Source: Escherichia coli (GTDB lineage Bacteria; Pseudomonadota; Gammaproteobacteria; Enterobacterales; Enterobacteriaceae). Taken from it: 64,000 nucleotides of DNA. The position numbers and the translations under genes were made by a program. Below are positions 1 through 13,578 of the stretch, one piece after another (positions within the stretch are counted from its first letter, which is position 1; each line of letters begins with the position of its first letter). The DNA lies in the NCBI RefSeq assembly GCF_003334405.1, contig NZ_QOWM01000005.1; one strand, written 5' to 3'. Under the pieces are notes generated by a model, which was given only the letters and a program-made list of their open reading frames with translations, was not told the origin of the DNA and did no database searches.

Positions 1-1766
1 GCACTCTTTTCTGGTCGATTCTCGTCGCGTCACCGTTACCGGTGCTGTGGATGACGCTGGGTTACGGCTTGCGCGAGGCGTGGCCTTATCCGCTGGCGGT
101 CGCGATTGGCGATGGTGTAACGGCCACCGTGCCGCTGCTGTGGGTAGTGATGATTTGCGCCACCTTTGCCCGCCCGAACGGCTTGTTTATCGCTCATTTT
201 GGCTGGCCGCGCGAACGTGTTTCCCGTGGGATGCGCTACTACCTGATGAGCATCGGGCTTATTGTGCCGCTGATTATGGCGCTGATGATGTTCGATAACC
301 TCGACGACCGTGAATTCTCCGGTTCGCTGGGACGGCTTTGCTTTATCCTCATTTGCGGTGCGCTGGCGGTGGTCACCCTCAGCCTGAAAAAGGCCGGGAT
401 TCCGCTGTATCTCAACAAAGAGGGCAGCGGCGACAACATTACCAACCATATGCTGTGGAACATGATGATTGGCGCGCCGTTGGTTGCCATTCTGGCGTCG
501 GCGGTGGGTTATCTGGCAACGGCACAGGCGCTGTTAGCGAGGCTTGAAACCTCGGTTGCCATCTGGTTCCTGCTACTGGTGGTTTATCACGTTATCCGCC
601 GCTGGATGCTGATCCAGCGCCGCAGGCTGGCGTTTGATCGGGCGAAGCATCGCCGGGCAGAGATGTTAGCGCAACGTGCGCGTGGCGAAGAGGAAGCGCA
701 TCATCACAGTAGCCCGGAAGGAGCAATTGAAGTCGATGAAAGCGAAGTCGATCTCGATGCCATCAGTGCGCAATCCTTGCGGCTGGTGCGCTCAATTTTG
801 ATGTTGATCGCCCTGCTTTCTGTCATTGTGCTGTGGTCAGAAATCCATTCCGCTTTCGGCTTCCTCGAAAATATTTCGCTGTGGGATGTCACCTCCACGG
901 TACAGGGCGTAGAAAGTCTGGAGCCAATTACCCTCGGTGCGGTGCTGATTGCCATTCTGGTGTTTATCATCACCACGCAGCTGGTGCGCAACTTGCCCGC
1001 GCTGCTGGAACTGGCGATTTTGCAGCACCTGGATTTAACGCCGGGTACGGGTTACGCCATCACCACCATCACCAAATATCTGCTGATGCTGATTGGCGGG
1101 CTGGTCGGCTTCTCAATGATTGGTATTGAGTGGTCGAAATTGCAGTGGCTGGTTGCCGCGCTCGGTGTTGGTCTCGGTTTTGGTTTGCAGGAAATTTTCG
1201 CCAACTTTATCTCTGGTCTGATTATCCTGTTCGAAAAACCGATTCGCATTGGCGATACGGTGACAATTCGCGATCTCACCGGTAGCGTGACGAAAATTAA
1301 CACCCGCGCCACCACCATCAGCGACTGGGACCGTAAAGAGATAATCGTGCCGAACAAGGCGTTTATTACCGAGCAGTTTATCAACTGGTCGCTCTCTGAC
1401 TCGGTCACGCGCGTGGTGTTGACGATACCGGCCCCTGCCGATGCCAATAGCGAAGAAGTGACGGAAATCCTGCTCACCGCAGCGCGTCGCTGCTCGCTGG
1501 TGATCGACAACCCGGCACCGGAAGTCTTCCTGGTGGATCTGCAACAGGGGATTCAGATTTTCGAGCTGCGTATTTACGCCGCTGAGATGGGTCACCGTAT
1601 GCCGCTACGCCATGAGATCCACCAGCTGATTCTGGCTGGCTTCCATGCCCACGGTATCGATATGCCATTCCCGCCCTTCCAGATGCGTCTGGAAAGCCTC
1701 AACGGTAAACAAACGGGGAGAACGCTGACGTCTGCGGGCAAAGGTCGTCAGGCGGGAAGTTTGTAA
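1..1766 (+). CDS. mscM: Mechanosensitive channel MscM (YjeP), C-terminal ~575 codons; 5' end lies upstream of the window
   Basis: ORF 42..1766 is open to the window edge; MscS-like membrane and C-terminal domain sequence; position beside yjeO as in E. coli. Confidence 0.85.
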   Translation, partial: TLFWSILVASPLPVLWMTLGYGLREAWPYPLAVAIGDGVTATVPLLWVVMICATFARPNGLFIAHFGWPRERVSRGMRYYLMSIGLIVPLIMALMMFDNLDDREFSGSLGRLCFILICGALAVVTLSLKKAGIPLYLNKEGSGDNITNHMLWNMMIGAPLVAILASAVGYLATAQALLARLETSVAIWFLLLVVYHVIRRWMLIQRRRLAFDRAKHRRAEMLAQRARGEEEAHHHSSPEGAIEVDESEVDLDAISAQSLRLVRSILMLIALLSVIVLWSEIHSAFGFLENISLWDVTSTVQGVESLEPITLGAVLIAILVFIITTQLVRNLPALLELAILQHLDLTPGTGYAITTITKYLLMLIGGLVGFSMIGIEWSKLQWLVAALGVGLGFGLQEIFANFISGLIILFEKPIRIGDTVTIRDLTGSVTKINTRATTISDWDRKEIIVPNKAFITEQFINWSLSDSVTRVVLTIPAPADANSEEVTEILLTAARRCSLVIDNPAPEVFLVDLQQGIQIFELRIYAAEMGHRMPLRHEIHQLILAGFHAHGIDMPFPPFQMRLESLNGKQTGRTLTSAGKGRQAGSL

Positions 1767-1794
1767 GTTTGTGTGCCGGATGAACCAATCCGGC

Positions 1795-2109
1795 TCACAA
1801 ACAAAACTGATAGCGCAGAAAAAACTGCCACAGCCAGTAGCCGAAAATAGCCAGCGCGGTGGCGTACATAAACCAGCCGCGTTTTTTTCGCCACAAAGCG
1901 AACCAGAGAAAAGGGAAAAAGAGCGGTAACGTCATTATCACACCAACATCACGGGTATCGTCTTCTTCGAGATACATCAACACATCGCAGACGTTGTTAA
2001 TCCCGCGTCCATCAATCATCCACTCTTTGTCCAGCGCGGAAGTGATGGTTATCCAGAGGAACGCCACAATAAACCAGATGCAGCATAAGACAAACATGCG
2101 CGCACTCAT
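1795..2109 (-). CDS. yjeO: Inner membrane protein YjeO (104 aa)
   Basis: ORF track; hydrophobic Trp-rich sequence; ATG overlaps yjeN stop by 4 bp. Confidence 0.85.
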   Translation of the reverse strand: MSARMFVLCCIWFIVAFLWITITSALDKEWMIDGRGINNVCDVLMYLEEDDTRDVGVIMTLPLFFPFLWFALWRKKRGWFMYATALAIFGYWLWQFFLRYQFCL

Positions 2110-2420
2110 AAGGTAACCGGTCGCTTAATTTCGCTATAGCGCATACGAAACAAATCGCCGTATCCCACTAATTCCCCGCGAAAAACCAGACATCGGATAA
2201 GATAAGCGCAATAAATATCCGGCAGGTTTCCCCACCGTTTACCATCGCGATCTTTGAGGGTGTTAATGGTGCTACCCACCACCATCGCCACTTTACGGGT
2301 GTGGCAGGCATCGACAAAAGAGAGAATCGTCTGCTCTATTTCCGCTACATCCCCGGCAGAAAATTGCAGCGCCCTGATTTCATCTTCGGTTATTGCCGGG
2401 TCCCGGCTGGTGTCATCCAT
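2106..2420 (-). CDS. yjeN: Uncharacterised protein YjeN (104 aa)
   Basis: ORF track; position between yjeM and yjeO. Confidence 0.8.
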   Translation of the reverse strand: MDDTSRDPAITEDEIRALQFSAGDVAEIEQTILSFVDACHTRKVAMVVGSTINTLKDRDGKRWGNLPDIYCAYLIRCLVFRGELVGYGDLFRMRYSEIKRPVTL

Positions 2421-2471
2421 AACATTTCCTGTCTTTACGCCCTATCGTCAGGTAGACGATAGGGCATCGGG

Positions 2472-3974
2472 TTATTCCACCGCCCACTGCGGATTTTTTG
2501 CCACTCTGCTGCAATAGTTCTGGTAAATCGCCATCGCTAACAGCGAGAAGAAGACAGGGCCGCCAATCATCCACAATGTGCTGTCCCAGTCTCCGGCTTC
2601 AACCACAGGTTGAATGATGGTGAAGACGTTCGCAAATGTCACCACCAGTACGACAACCACTGTCGCAATCATTGCCGACAAATGCGTTTTGAAAATCACA
2701 AACGGTCTGTCGAGATCCTGACGTGCTTTAAAGAACGGGAAAGCCAGCGCGAGGAACAGGTAAGGAAGCGTCATAGACACGTTCGCCATCAGCGTCAGCT
2801 TGTTAAAGAACGCCGATGCGGTACCGCCACCAAACGAAACCAGCAGGATGAAGACAGTAACCAACCCGCACTGCATCCACATGGCGATAGACGGCATCCC
2901 CATCGCATTCAGGCGCGTCATCGGTTCCGGCCACAATGCTTTCGGCGTCCCCTGGATGATGGCTTTCAACGGTGAATAGCAAAGCGTAAAGAACGCACCG
3001 GTATAGGCGAGGAACATCGAAAGTCCAGTAATACGCGCAAACCATACGCCCAGCGACAATGACGCTTCAGGTGACAAATGCAGTGCATTACCCAGCGTCA
3101 TCCCAAGGCTCTTCATCAGCACATAGGTAATATTGCCGAGGTTAACGGAACCATTACTTAATACCTGCTGCCAGTTTGTGCTGACGCCCCATAAAAATAT
3201 TGCCAGCGAATAACCGATTGAAATAACAATAGCGGCAAAAACAATACCTTTGGCAAAGTTCTTTTCTGGATTTTCCGTTTTATCGACCAGACCACCAACC
3301 GCTTCAATTCCGCCATAGGCAAAAATGGCAAATACCACAAACGATAGCATTGCCAGACCGGACTGATAACCCGGGTTCGGTGATGCAAGGAAATTAATAT
3401 CCTGCGCGAAATGCCCACCATTTAATAACAAAATAGTAATGCTTACTAACAGCAATACTAAATTCAGACACATTACTGCAATACCGCCCACCGCAGTAAT
3501 GCGGGCAATTTTATTAATCCCCTTAGAAGCAACGACGGTGACCAGAATCATCCATGCCACAGCCAGCAGACCAACCACCTGCGTAGGCTCCAGTCCGGCA
3601 ATACGCCAGTGCTGGGTCATGTCGCTACCATAGAGGAATGTTGAGAACGGTACCCAAACTTTCGCGGAGGTACTCACCATCCAGATGATATAAGAGGAAA
3701 ACCACATAAACGTACCAATGAAGGCAAAACGTGGTCCGACACTATTATTCATCCAGGAATAGATACCGCCTTCTTCTTTGCGATAAGCAGCTCCCATTTC
3801 AGCCATCATTAAGGCGAATGGAATAAAGAATAACAATGCAGAAAATATATAAAAGGGAATCGCACTATAACCCATTAAGTAATAAGCCGATGGGCTATTG
3901 GCAAATCCAAATACGGAAGTAAAGATCATCAATATGAGTCCTATCAGACTCATCTTTTTTATCGTGTGAGGCAT
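2472..3974 (-). CDS. yjeM: APC-superfamily amino acid transporter YjeM (500 aa)
   Basis: ORF 2472..4016; start chosen at MPHTIKKMSLIGL (ATG 3974) to give the 500-aa product; multi-pass membrane sequence. Confidence 0.85.
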   Translation of the reverse strand: MPHTIKKMSLIGLILMIFTSVFGFANSPSAYYLMGYSAIPFYIFSALLFFIPFALMMAEMGAAYRKEEGGIYSWMNNSVGPRFAFIGTFMWFSSYIIWMVSTSAKVWVPFSTFLYGSDMTQHWRIAGLEPTQVVGLLAVAWMILVTVVASKGINKIARITAVGGIAVMCLNLVLLLVSITILLLNGGHFAQDINFLASPNPGYQSGLAMLSFVVFAIFAYGGIEAVGGLVDKTENPEKNFAKGIVFAAIVISIGYSLAIFLWGVSTNWQQVLSNGSVNLGNITYVLMKSLGMTLGNALHLSPEASLSLGVWFARITGLSMFLAYTGAFFTLCYSPLKAIIQGTPKALWPEPMTRLNAMGMPSIAMWMQCGLVTVFILLVSFGGGTASAFFNKLTLMANVSMTLPYLFLALAFPFFKARQDLDRPFVIFKTHLSAMIATVVVVLVVTFANVFTIIQPVVEAGDWDSTLWMIGGPVFFSLLAMAIYQNYCSRVAKNPQWAVE

Positions 3975-4192
3975 GAAACCATCCTTCATTTCAGCGCGTG
4001 TATAACACGTGCCCACTGAACTGCACTGCGCAACATTGAGCAGGCAGCGTAAAAACCAATACAGAATTGATACCTGGATGATATCAAATATCCAGTCTTA
4101 AATTGTGGCCTTTAACGGAAAAATGAAAACATATGCTACAGAATGGCGCTTATCACGCCATTCTTCGCTGTTAATTCAGTAATTTTTCAGAA

Positions 4193-5170
4193 TTATGCCC
4201 GGTCAACGCTAAAGGCGATGACTTCAGCCAGTGTCTCCGCGCCCAGCGCCAACATCACCAGACGATCAACACCTAATGCCACGCCGGAACAGTCAGGCAT
4301 ACCGACTTTCAAGGCTTCAATCAGATTCTGGTCAATGGGGTGCTGCGGCAAACCGCGCGCCGCGCGCTTACGGTTATCTTGTTCAAAGCGTTGTTGCTGC
4401 TCACGGGCATCCGTCAATTCATGGAAACCATTCGCCAGCTCAATACCTTTATAATAAACCTCAAAGCGTTCAGCGACCCGATGATCTTCGGTACTGATTT
4501 GCGCCAGTGATGCCTGGCTGGCTGGAAAGTGGTACACAAAGGTCGGTTTTTCTTTGCCAATATTTGGCTCTACGCCAAAGGTAAACAGCAATTGTAGCAG
4601 CGTGTCGCGGTCTTCTTCGGTATCAGCAACATTGCTCAAATCCAGTTTCGCTGCGACTTCCCGCAGTTGCGTTTTGTCGGCAGAGAGCGGGTCAATTTCC
4701 AGATAACGCAAGAAAGCTTGTTGATAAGAAAGGCTTTCTGCTGCCGGGCAGTCCAGCACCTGTTGTAAGAGATCGTCCACCTCGTTCATCAACCGGTACA
4801 TATCATAGTGCGGTCGATACCACTCCAGCATAGTGAACTCAGGGTTGTGATAACGCCCCATCTCTTCATTACGGAAGCTGCGGCACAGCTGGAATACCGG
4901 CCCACAACCGGCAACCAGCAGGCGTTTCATATGGTATTCCGGGCTGGTCATTAACCAGAGATTCATCCCCTGCGAATGCCCGGGGCCAACGAAACGTGTC
5001 TCAAACGGGACCAAATGAATATCGGTTACCGTCGCCTGGCTCATACAAGGCGTCTCCACCTCCAGCACTCCACGATCGGCAAAGAAACGACGGATCTCCG
5101 CCATAATCGCCGCGCGTTTTAATAAGTTAGGAATGGATGCGCTCGGCTGCCAGGATGCCGTTTCGCTCAT
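4193..5170 (-). CDS. epmA: EF-P lysine-34 lysyltransferase EpmA (PoxA/YjeA), class II lysyl-tRNA synthetase paralogue, 325 aa
   Basis: ORF 4193..5215; start at [10 protein letters not shown] (ATG 5170); class II aaRS core motifs. Confidence 0.9.
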   Translation of the reverse strand: MSETASWQPSASIPNLLKRAAIMAEIRRFFADRGVLEVETPCMSQATVTDIHLVPFETRFVGPGHSQGMNLWLMTSPEYHMKRLLVAGCGPVFQLCRSFRNEEMGRYHNPEFTMLEWYRPHYDMYRLMNEVDDLLQQVLDCPAAESLSYQQAFLRYLEIDPLSADKTQLREVAAKLDLSNVADTEEDRDTLLQLLFTFGVEPNIGKEKPTFVYHFPASQASLAQISTEDHRVAERFEVYYKGIELANGFHELTDAREQQQRFEQDNRKRAARGLPQHPIDQNLIEALKVGMPDCSGVALGVDRLVMLALGAETLAEVIAFSVDRA

Positions 5171-5344
5171 AGTTAAATCTCCAGTTTTTGACAAGGGCAC
5201 GAAGTCTACTCGCAACGCGACGGCGAGACAAATTTTACGCAGGAATCAAACAGCGGTGGGCAGTGACTAAAAAAAGCACGATCTGATGGTTTAGTAATTA
5301 AATTAATCATCTTCAGTGATAATTTAGCCCTCTTGCGCACTAAA

Positions 5345-5365
5345 AAAATCGATCTCGTCAAATTT
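5345..5365 (+). promoter_or_regulatory. Candidate FNR site of the frdABCD promoter (aaaTCGATctcgTCAAattt)
   Basis: TTGAT/ATCAA-like half-sites ~130 bp upstream of frdA start; frd is known to be FNR-activated; exact half-site alignment not verified. Confidence 0.4.
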
Positions 5366-5494
5366 CAGACTTATCCATCAGACTATACTGTTGTACCTAT
5401 AAAGGAGCAGTGGAATAGCGTTCGCAGACCGTAACTTTCAGGTACTTACCCTGAAGTACGTGGCTGTGGGATAAAAACAATCTGGAGGAATGTC

Positions 5495-7295
5495 GTGCAA
5501 ACCTTTCAAGCCGATCTTGCCATTGTAGGCGCCGGTGGCGCGGGATTACGTGCTGCAATTGCTGCCGCGCAGGCAAATCCGAATGCAAAAATCGCACTAA
5601 TCTCAAAAGTATACCCGATGCGTAGCCATACCGTTGCTGCAGAAGGGGGCTCCGCCGCTGTCGCGCAGGATCATGACAGCTTCGAATATCACTTTCACGA
5701 TACAGTAGCGGGTGGCGACTGGTTGTGTGAGCAGGATGTCGTGGATTATTTCGTCCACCACTGCCCAACCGAAATGACCCAACTGGAACTGTGGGGATGC
5801 CCATGGAGCCGTCGCCCGGATGGTAGCGTCAACGTACGTCGCTTCGGCGGCATGAAAATCGAGCGCACCTGGTTCGCCGCCGATAAGACCGGCTTCCATA
5901 TGCTGCACACGCTGTTCCAGACCTCTCTGCAATTCCCGCAGATCCAGCGTTTTGACGAACATTTCGTGCTGGATATTCTGGTTGATGATGGTCATGTTCG
6001 CGGCCTGGTAGCAATGAACATGATGGAAGGCACGCTGGTGCAGATCCGTGCTAACGCGGTCGTTATGGCTACTGGCGGTGCGGGTCGCGTTTATCGTTAC
6101 AACACCAACGGCGGCATCGTTACCGGTGACGGTATGGGTATGGCGCTAAGCCACGGCGTTCCGCTGCGTGACATGGAATTCGTTCAGTATCACCCAACCG
6201 GTCTGCCAGGTTCCGGTATCCTGATGACCGAAGGTTGCCGCGGTGAAGGCGGTATTCTGGTCAACAAAAATGGCTACCGTTATCTGCAAGATTACGGCAT
6301 GGGCCCGGAAACTCCGCTGGGCGAGCCGAAAAACAAATATATGGAACTGGGTCCACGCGACAAAGTCTCTCAGGCCTTCTGGCACGAATGGCGTAAAGGC
6401 AACACCATCTCCACGCCGCGTGGCGATGTGGTTTATCTCGACTTGCGTCACCTCGGCGAGAAAAAACTGCATGAACGTCTGCCGTTCATCTGCGAACTGG
6501 CGAAAGCGTACGTTGGCGTCGATCCGGTTAAAGAACCGATTCCGGTACGTCCGACCGCACACTACACCATGGGCGGTATCGAAACCGATCAGAACTGTGA
6601 AACCCGCATTAAAGGTCTGTTCGCCGTGGGTGAATGTTCCTCTGTTGGTCTGCACGGTGCAAACCGTCTGGGTTCTAACTCCCTGGCGGAACTGGTGGTC
6701 TTCGGCCGTCTGGCCGGTGAACAAGCGACAGAGCGTGCAGCAACTGCCGGTAATGGCAACGAAGCGGCAATTGAAGCGCAGGCAGCTGGCGTTGAACAAC
6801 GTCTGAAAGATCTGGTTAACCAGGATGGCGGCGAAAACTGGGCGAAGATCCGCGACGAAATGGGCCTGGCTATGGAAGAAGGCTGCGGTATCTACCGTAC
6901 GCCGGAACTGATGCAGAAAACCATCGACAAGCTGGCAGAGCTGCAGGAACGCTTCAAGCGCGTGCGCATCACCGACACTTCCAGCGTGTTCAACACCGAC
7001 CTGCTCTACACCATTGAACTGGGCCACGGTCTGAACGTTGCTGAATGTATGGCGCACTCCGCAATGGCACGTAAAGAGTCCCGCGGCGCGCACCAGCGTC
7101 TGGACGAAGGTTGCACCGAGCGTGACGACGTCAACTTCCTCAAACACACCCTCGCCTTCCGCGATGCTGATGGCACGACTCGCCTGGAGTACAGCGACGT
7201 GAAGATTACTACGCTGCCGCCAGCTAAACGCGTTTACGGTGGCGAAGCGGATGCAGCCGATAAGGCGGAAGCAGCCAATAAGAAGGAGAAGGCGA

Positions 7296-7303
<8 letters not shown>
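5495..7303 (+). CDS. frdA: Fumarate reductase flavoprotein subunit FrdA (602 aa, GTG start)
   Basis: ORF track; N-terminal FAD-binding GxGxxG ([14 protein letters not shown]); full-length match to FrdA. Confidence 0.97.
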
Positions 7304-8436
<1,133 letters not shown>

Positions 8437-8446
8437 GGAGCCTGAG

Positions 8447-10002
<1,556 letters not shown>

Positions 10003-10011
10003 AATTCCATC

Positions 10012-10036
10012 GGGTCCGAATTTTCGGACCTTTTCT
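10012..10036 (+). terminator. Putative ampC terminator (ggtccg/cggacc stem then TTTTCT)
   Basis: Hairpin plus T-run 10 bp after ampC stop. Confidence 0.55.
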
Positions 10037-10090
10037 CCGCTTTTCCTTGCTGTCATCTACACTTAGAAAAAAACCAGTAAGGAAACATTT

Positions 10091-10624
10091 ATGCGCCTGC
10101 TCCCTCTCGTTGCCGCAGCGACAGCTGCATTTCTGGTCGTTGCCTGCAGTTCTCCTACGCCGCCGCGTGGCGTGACCGTAGTAAATAATTTCGACGCCAA
10201 ACGTTATCTCGGTACCTGGTATGAGATTGCCCGTTTTGATCACCGCTTTGAACGTGGACTGGAAAAAGTCACCGCAACATACAGCCTGCGTGATGACGGC
10301 GGCCTGAATGTCATTAATAAAGGCTATAACCCTGACAGAGGAATGTGGCAGCAGAGTGAAGGGAAAGCGTACTTTACCGGCGCACCAACTCGCGCTGCGC
10401 TGAAAGTGTCATTCTTTGGTCCTTTCTATGGCGGTTATAACGTTATTGCACTCGATCGGGAATACCGCCATGCGCTGGTTTGCGGCCCGGACCGCGACTA
10501 CCTGTGGATACTCTCCCGCACGCCAACCATTTCTGACGAAGTGAAACAGGAGATGCTGGCAGTCGCGACCCGGGAAGGGTTTGATGTCAGTAAATTTATT
10601 TGGGTACAGCAGCCTGGTAGTTAG
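10091..10624 (+). CDS. blc: Outer-membrane lipocalin Blc (177 aa)
   Basis: ORF track; lipobox VVAC; lipocalin motif GTWYEIAR. Confidence 0.93.
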   Translation: MRLLPLVAAATAAFLVVACSSPTPPRGVTVVNNFDAKRYLGTWYEIARFDHRFERGLEKVTATYSLRDDGGLNVINKGYNPDRGMWQQSEGKAYFTGAPTRAALKVSFFGPFYGGYNVIALDREYRHALVCGPDRDYLWILSRTPTISDEVKQEMLAVATREGFDVSKFIWVQQPGS

Positions 10625-10938
10625 TGAGTGCTGAGTTTCAGACCAATAATCCCCAATACGATTAACGCCAGACTCGCCAGGCGCATCGGGTTAGCGGACT
10701 CACCGAGCAGCACAATGCCGGTTATGGCCGCGCCGACTGCGCCAATACCCGTCCACACGGCATAAGCCGTCCCTACTGGTAACGATTTCATCGCCCAGGC
10801 AAGTAGCGCCATACTGACAATCATCGCCGTCACAGTAATAACACTCGGCGTCAAACGACTAAAGCCGTGGGTATATTTCAGGCCAACGGCCCATACCACT
10901 TCCAGCAGACCAGCAATAACTAAGATAATCCAGGACAT
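10621..10938 (-). CDS. gdx: SMR-family guanidinium exporter Gdx (SugE), 105 aa
   Basis: ORF 10621..11088; start at [10 protein letters not shown] (ATG 10938); four-helix SMR sequence. Confidence 0.93.
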   Translation of the reverse strand: MSWIILVIAGLLEVVWAVGLKYTHGFSRLTPSVITVTAMIVSMALLAWAMKSLPVGTAYAVWTGIGAVGAAITGIVLLGESANPMRLASLALIVLGIIGLKLSTH

Positions 10939-10954
10939 ATCAGGCTCCGGAGAA

Positions 10955-11002
10955 TTGGGGCCGTCCCCGGTGAAAAGAGGCGTTTGCAGGTCGTCCTGCA
11001 AA
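10955..11002 (-). ncRNA. Guanidine-II (mini-ykkC) riboswitch in the gdx 5' leader: two hairpins with ACGR loops (gcagg-ACGA-cctgc and ccgggg-ACGG-cccc)
   Basis: Both hairpins read directly on the minus strand, ~19 nt upstream of the gdx ATG; gene context (SMR exporter) fits. Confidence 0.7.
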
Positions 11003-11113
11003 GCTGATGGTTGAACGGATATTTTGCCAGGTGGCAGGGGAATTTCAACTATTACCTTTGTGACTATCGCAGAAAAAACAAACGGCACGACACAGCTGTC
11101 GTACCGTTATTGC

Positions 11114-11260
11114 TTATTGCTGCGCTTTCGTTGCTGCGCCAGAAATCGCGTTACCGCCATCAGAAATGTCTTCACCAACGCCACGCGTGGTGTTGCAGGC
11201 AGTTAATACTGTTGAAAGCACCAGAACAGAAAAGATCGCTGCAATTGTCTTCTTCACCAT
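11114..11260 (-). CDS. ecnB: Entericidin B lipoprotein (48 aa; [48 protein letters not shown])
   Basis: Hand-translated; below ORF-track cutoff; lipobox LTAC; paralogue of ecnA. Confidence 0.85.
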
Positions 11261-11370
11261 AACGTCTTCCTTTTAGGTAATGTTATTTATGTTTGCCTAT
11301 AGCAAATTAATAATAGACAACATCGCCAAAAATGATGGGAATCTGATGATTTTTCGGAAGAGAAGAAAAA

Positions 11371-11496
11371 TTAGCTGGCAGCGCGAGAGATGGAGTTGCC
11401 GAGATGTTTGATGTCTTCGCCGAAACCGCGAGCGGTGTTACAGCCCGTGAGCAGCGTGCTGGCAAGCAAAACAAGAACGATAAGGCGTTTCATCAT
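11371..11496 (-). CDS. ecnA: Entericidin A lipoprotein (41 aa; [41 protein letters not shown])
   Basis: Hand-translated; below ORF-track cutoff; lipobox LTGC. Confidence 0.85.
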   Translation of the reverse strand: MMKRLIVLVLLASTLLTGCNTARGFGEDIKHLGNSISRAAS

Positions 11497-11547
11497 CTCT
11501 GACCTGAATAAGTGATGGTGCAGCCTGCAGGCCGCACCACAACCGCA

Positions 11548-12114
11548 TTACTTCACGCGAGAGACGTATTCACCAGAGCGGGTATCCACTTTGATGACTT
11601 CGCCGATTTGTACAAACAGCGGAACTTTAACCACAGCGCCAGTAGACAGGGTAGCCGGTTTGCCACCAGTACCTGCGGTATCACCTTTCAGGCCCGGATC
11701 GGTATCAACGATTTCCAGTTCAACGAAGTTCGGCGGAGTAACGGAGATCGGCTGACCATTCCACAGAGTTACGATACACTCTGCCTGATCCAGCAGCCAT
11801 TTAGCGTTGTCACCAATTGCTTTTGCATCAGCAGACAGCTGCTCGAAAGTTTCGTTGTTCATGAAGTGCCAGAACTCACCGTCGTTGTACAGGTAAGTCA
11901 GGTTCATATCGACAACATCAGCGCCTTCAGCGGAATCAGTAGATTTGAAGGTTTTTTCTACGCGAGTACCGGTCAGCAGACGACGCAGTTTAACGCGAGC
12001 AAATGCCTGGCCTTTACCCGGTTTTACGAATTCACTCGCTTCAACCGCGTAAGGTTCGCCGTCTAACATGATTTTAAGACCAGCACGAAAATCGTTGCTA
12101 TAGTACGTTGCCAT
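11548..12114 (-). CDS. efp: Translation elongation factor P (188 aa)
   Basis: ORF track; KPGKG loop carrying modifiable Lys34. Confidence 0.97.
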
Positions 12115-12155
12115 AAGGCCCTCTGAAATTTGTTAATTGGTAGCTAAGCCACAAA

Positions 12156-13184
12156 ATGGCGCATATTGTAACCCTAAATACCCCATCCAGAGAAGATTGG
12201 TTAACGCAACTTGCCGATGTTGTGACCGATCCTGATGAACTTCTGCGTCTTTTGAATATAGACGCGGAGGAAAAACTGTTAGCCGGACGCAGCGCCAAAA
12301 AGCTTTTTGCCCTGCGTGTGCCCCGCTCATTTATCGATCGCATGGAGAAAGGCAATCCGGACGATCCTCTTTTGCGTCAGGTACTTACCTCGCAAGATGA
12401 GTTTGTCATCGCGCCCGGATTCTCCACCGACCCACTGGAAGAACAGCACAGCGTAGTGCCTGGTTTGTTGCATAAATACCACAACCGGGCGCTTTTGCTG
12501 GTCAAAGGCGGCTGCGCGGTAAATTGCCGCTATTGCTTCCGTCGTCACTTCCCCTATGCCGAAAATCAGGGCAACAAGCGTAACTGGCAAACTGCACTTG
12601 AGTATGTTGCTGCGCATCCGGAACTGGACGAGATGATTTTCTCCGGCGGCGATCCGCTGATGGCGAAAGATCACGAGCTGGACTGGTTGCTCACACAACT
12701 GGAAGCCATCCCGCATATAAAACGTCTGCGGATTCACAGCCGTCTGCCGATTGTGATCCCGGCACGTATCACCGAGGCGCTGGTTGAATGCTTTGCCCGT
12801 TCTACGCTGCAAATCTTGCTGGTGAATCACATCAACCATGCCAATGAGGTAGATGAAACATTCCGTCAGGCGATGGCTAAGTTGCGCCGGGTAGGCGTTA
12901 CTTTGCTGAACCAGAGCGTTCTGTTACGTGATGTGAACGATAACGCACAAACGCTGGCAAACCTGAGTAATGCGTTGTTCGATGCCGGCGTAATGCCGTA
13001 TTACCTGCATGTGCTCGATAAAGTACAGGGCGCGGCGCATTTTATGGTGAGTGATGACGAAGCACGGCAGATTATGCGTGAGTTGCTGACACTGGTGTCG
13101 GGATATCTGGTGCCGAAACTGGCGCGAGAAATTGGCGGCGAACCCAGCAAAACGCCGCTGGATCTCCAGCTACGCCAGCAGTAA
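12156..13184 (+). CDS. epmB: EF-P beta-lysylation protein EpmB (YjeK), lysine 2,3-aminomutase-like radical SAM enzyme, 342 aa
   Basis: ORF track; CxxxCxxC motif (CAVNCRYCFRR). Confidence 0.93.
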   Translation: MAHIVTLNTPSREDWLTQLADVVTDPDELLRLLNIDAEEKLLAGRSAKKLFALRVPRSFIDRMEKGNPDDPLLRQVLTSQDEFVIAPGFSTDPLEEQHSVVPGLLHKYHNRALLLVKGGCAVNCRYCFRRHFPYAENQGNKRNWQTALEYVAAHPELDEMIFSGGDPLMAKDHELDWLLTQLEAIPHIKRLRIHSRLPIVIPARITEALVECFARSTLQILLVNHINHANEVDETFRQAMAKLRRVGVTLLNQSVLLRDVNDNAQTLANLSNALFDAGVMPYYLHVLDKVQGAAHFMVSDDEARQIMRELLTLVSGYLVPKLAREIGGEPSKTPLDLQLRQQ

Positions 13185-13216
13185 CTGATTAAACAGGGAA
13201 GTTAAACATTAAAATT

Positions 13217-13316
13217 GCCTGATTCGCTACGCTTATCAGGCCTACATCGTGCATTGAAATTGAATGGATTTGCAATGAACTGTAGGCCGGATAAGGCGTT
13301 TACGCTGCATCCGGCA
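13217..13316. repeat. BIME: two REP palindromes in opposite orientation (gcctgattcgctacgcttatcaggcctac ... gtaggccggataaggcgtttacgctgcatccggc)
   Basis: REP consensus palindromes read directly, downstream of epmB. Confidence 0.75.
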
Positions 13317-13578
13317 AGAGCAACAAACGCAAGTACAGCAACCTGTCATTAAACTGGGAAGTTTAATCTTTGCCCGTTGCATAACCTTTAATTATTCATA
13401 TGCATTGCTGTTGTTACTTTTTATATAGCTAACACCAATAATTAACCTTTCTTTTCTGTTTATATAGAGTGAGTACGGCTATTTATGTTATTTTAACAAC
13501 TATTACTACCAAGCCCATTTATCTGGCTTATAAATTAAAATTAATTATTTAATTGAGAAATGGTTAGGGAGAACCTAC

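Noticed and set aside
7239-7295. Arg-rich 19-codon extension at the 5' end of the frdB ORF ([20 protein letters not shown])
   Set aside because: Out-of-frame read-through of the frdA 3' end; frdB starts at ATG 7296, overlapping the frdA stop
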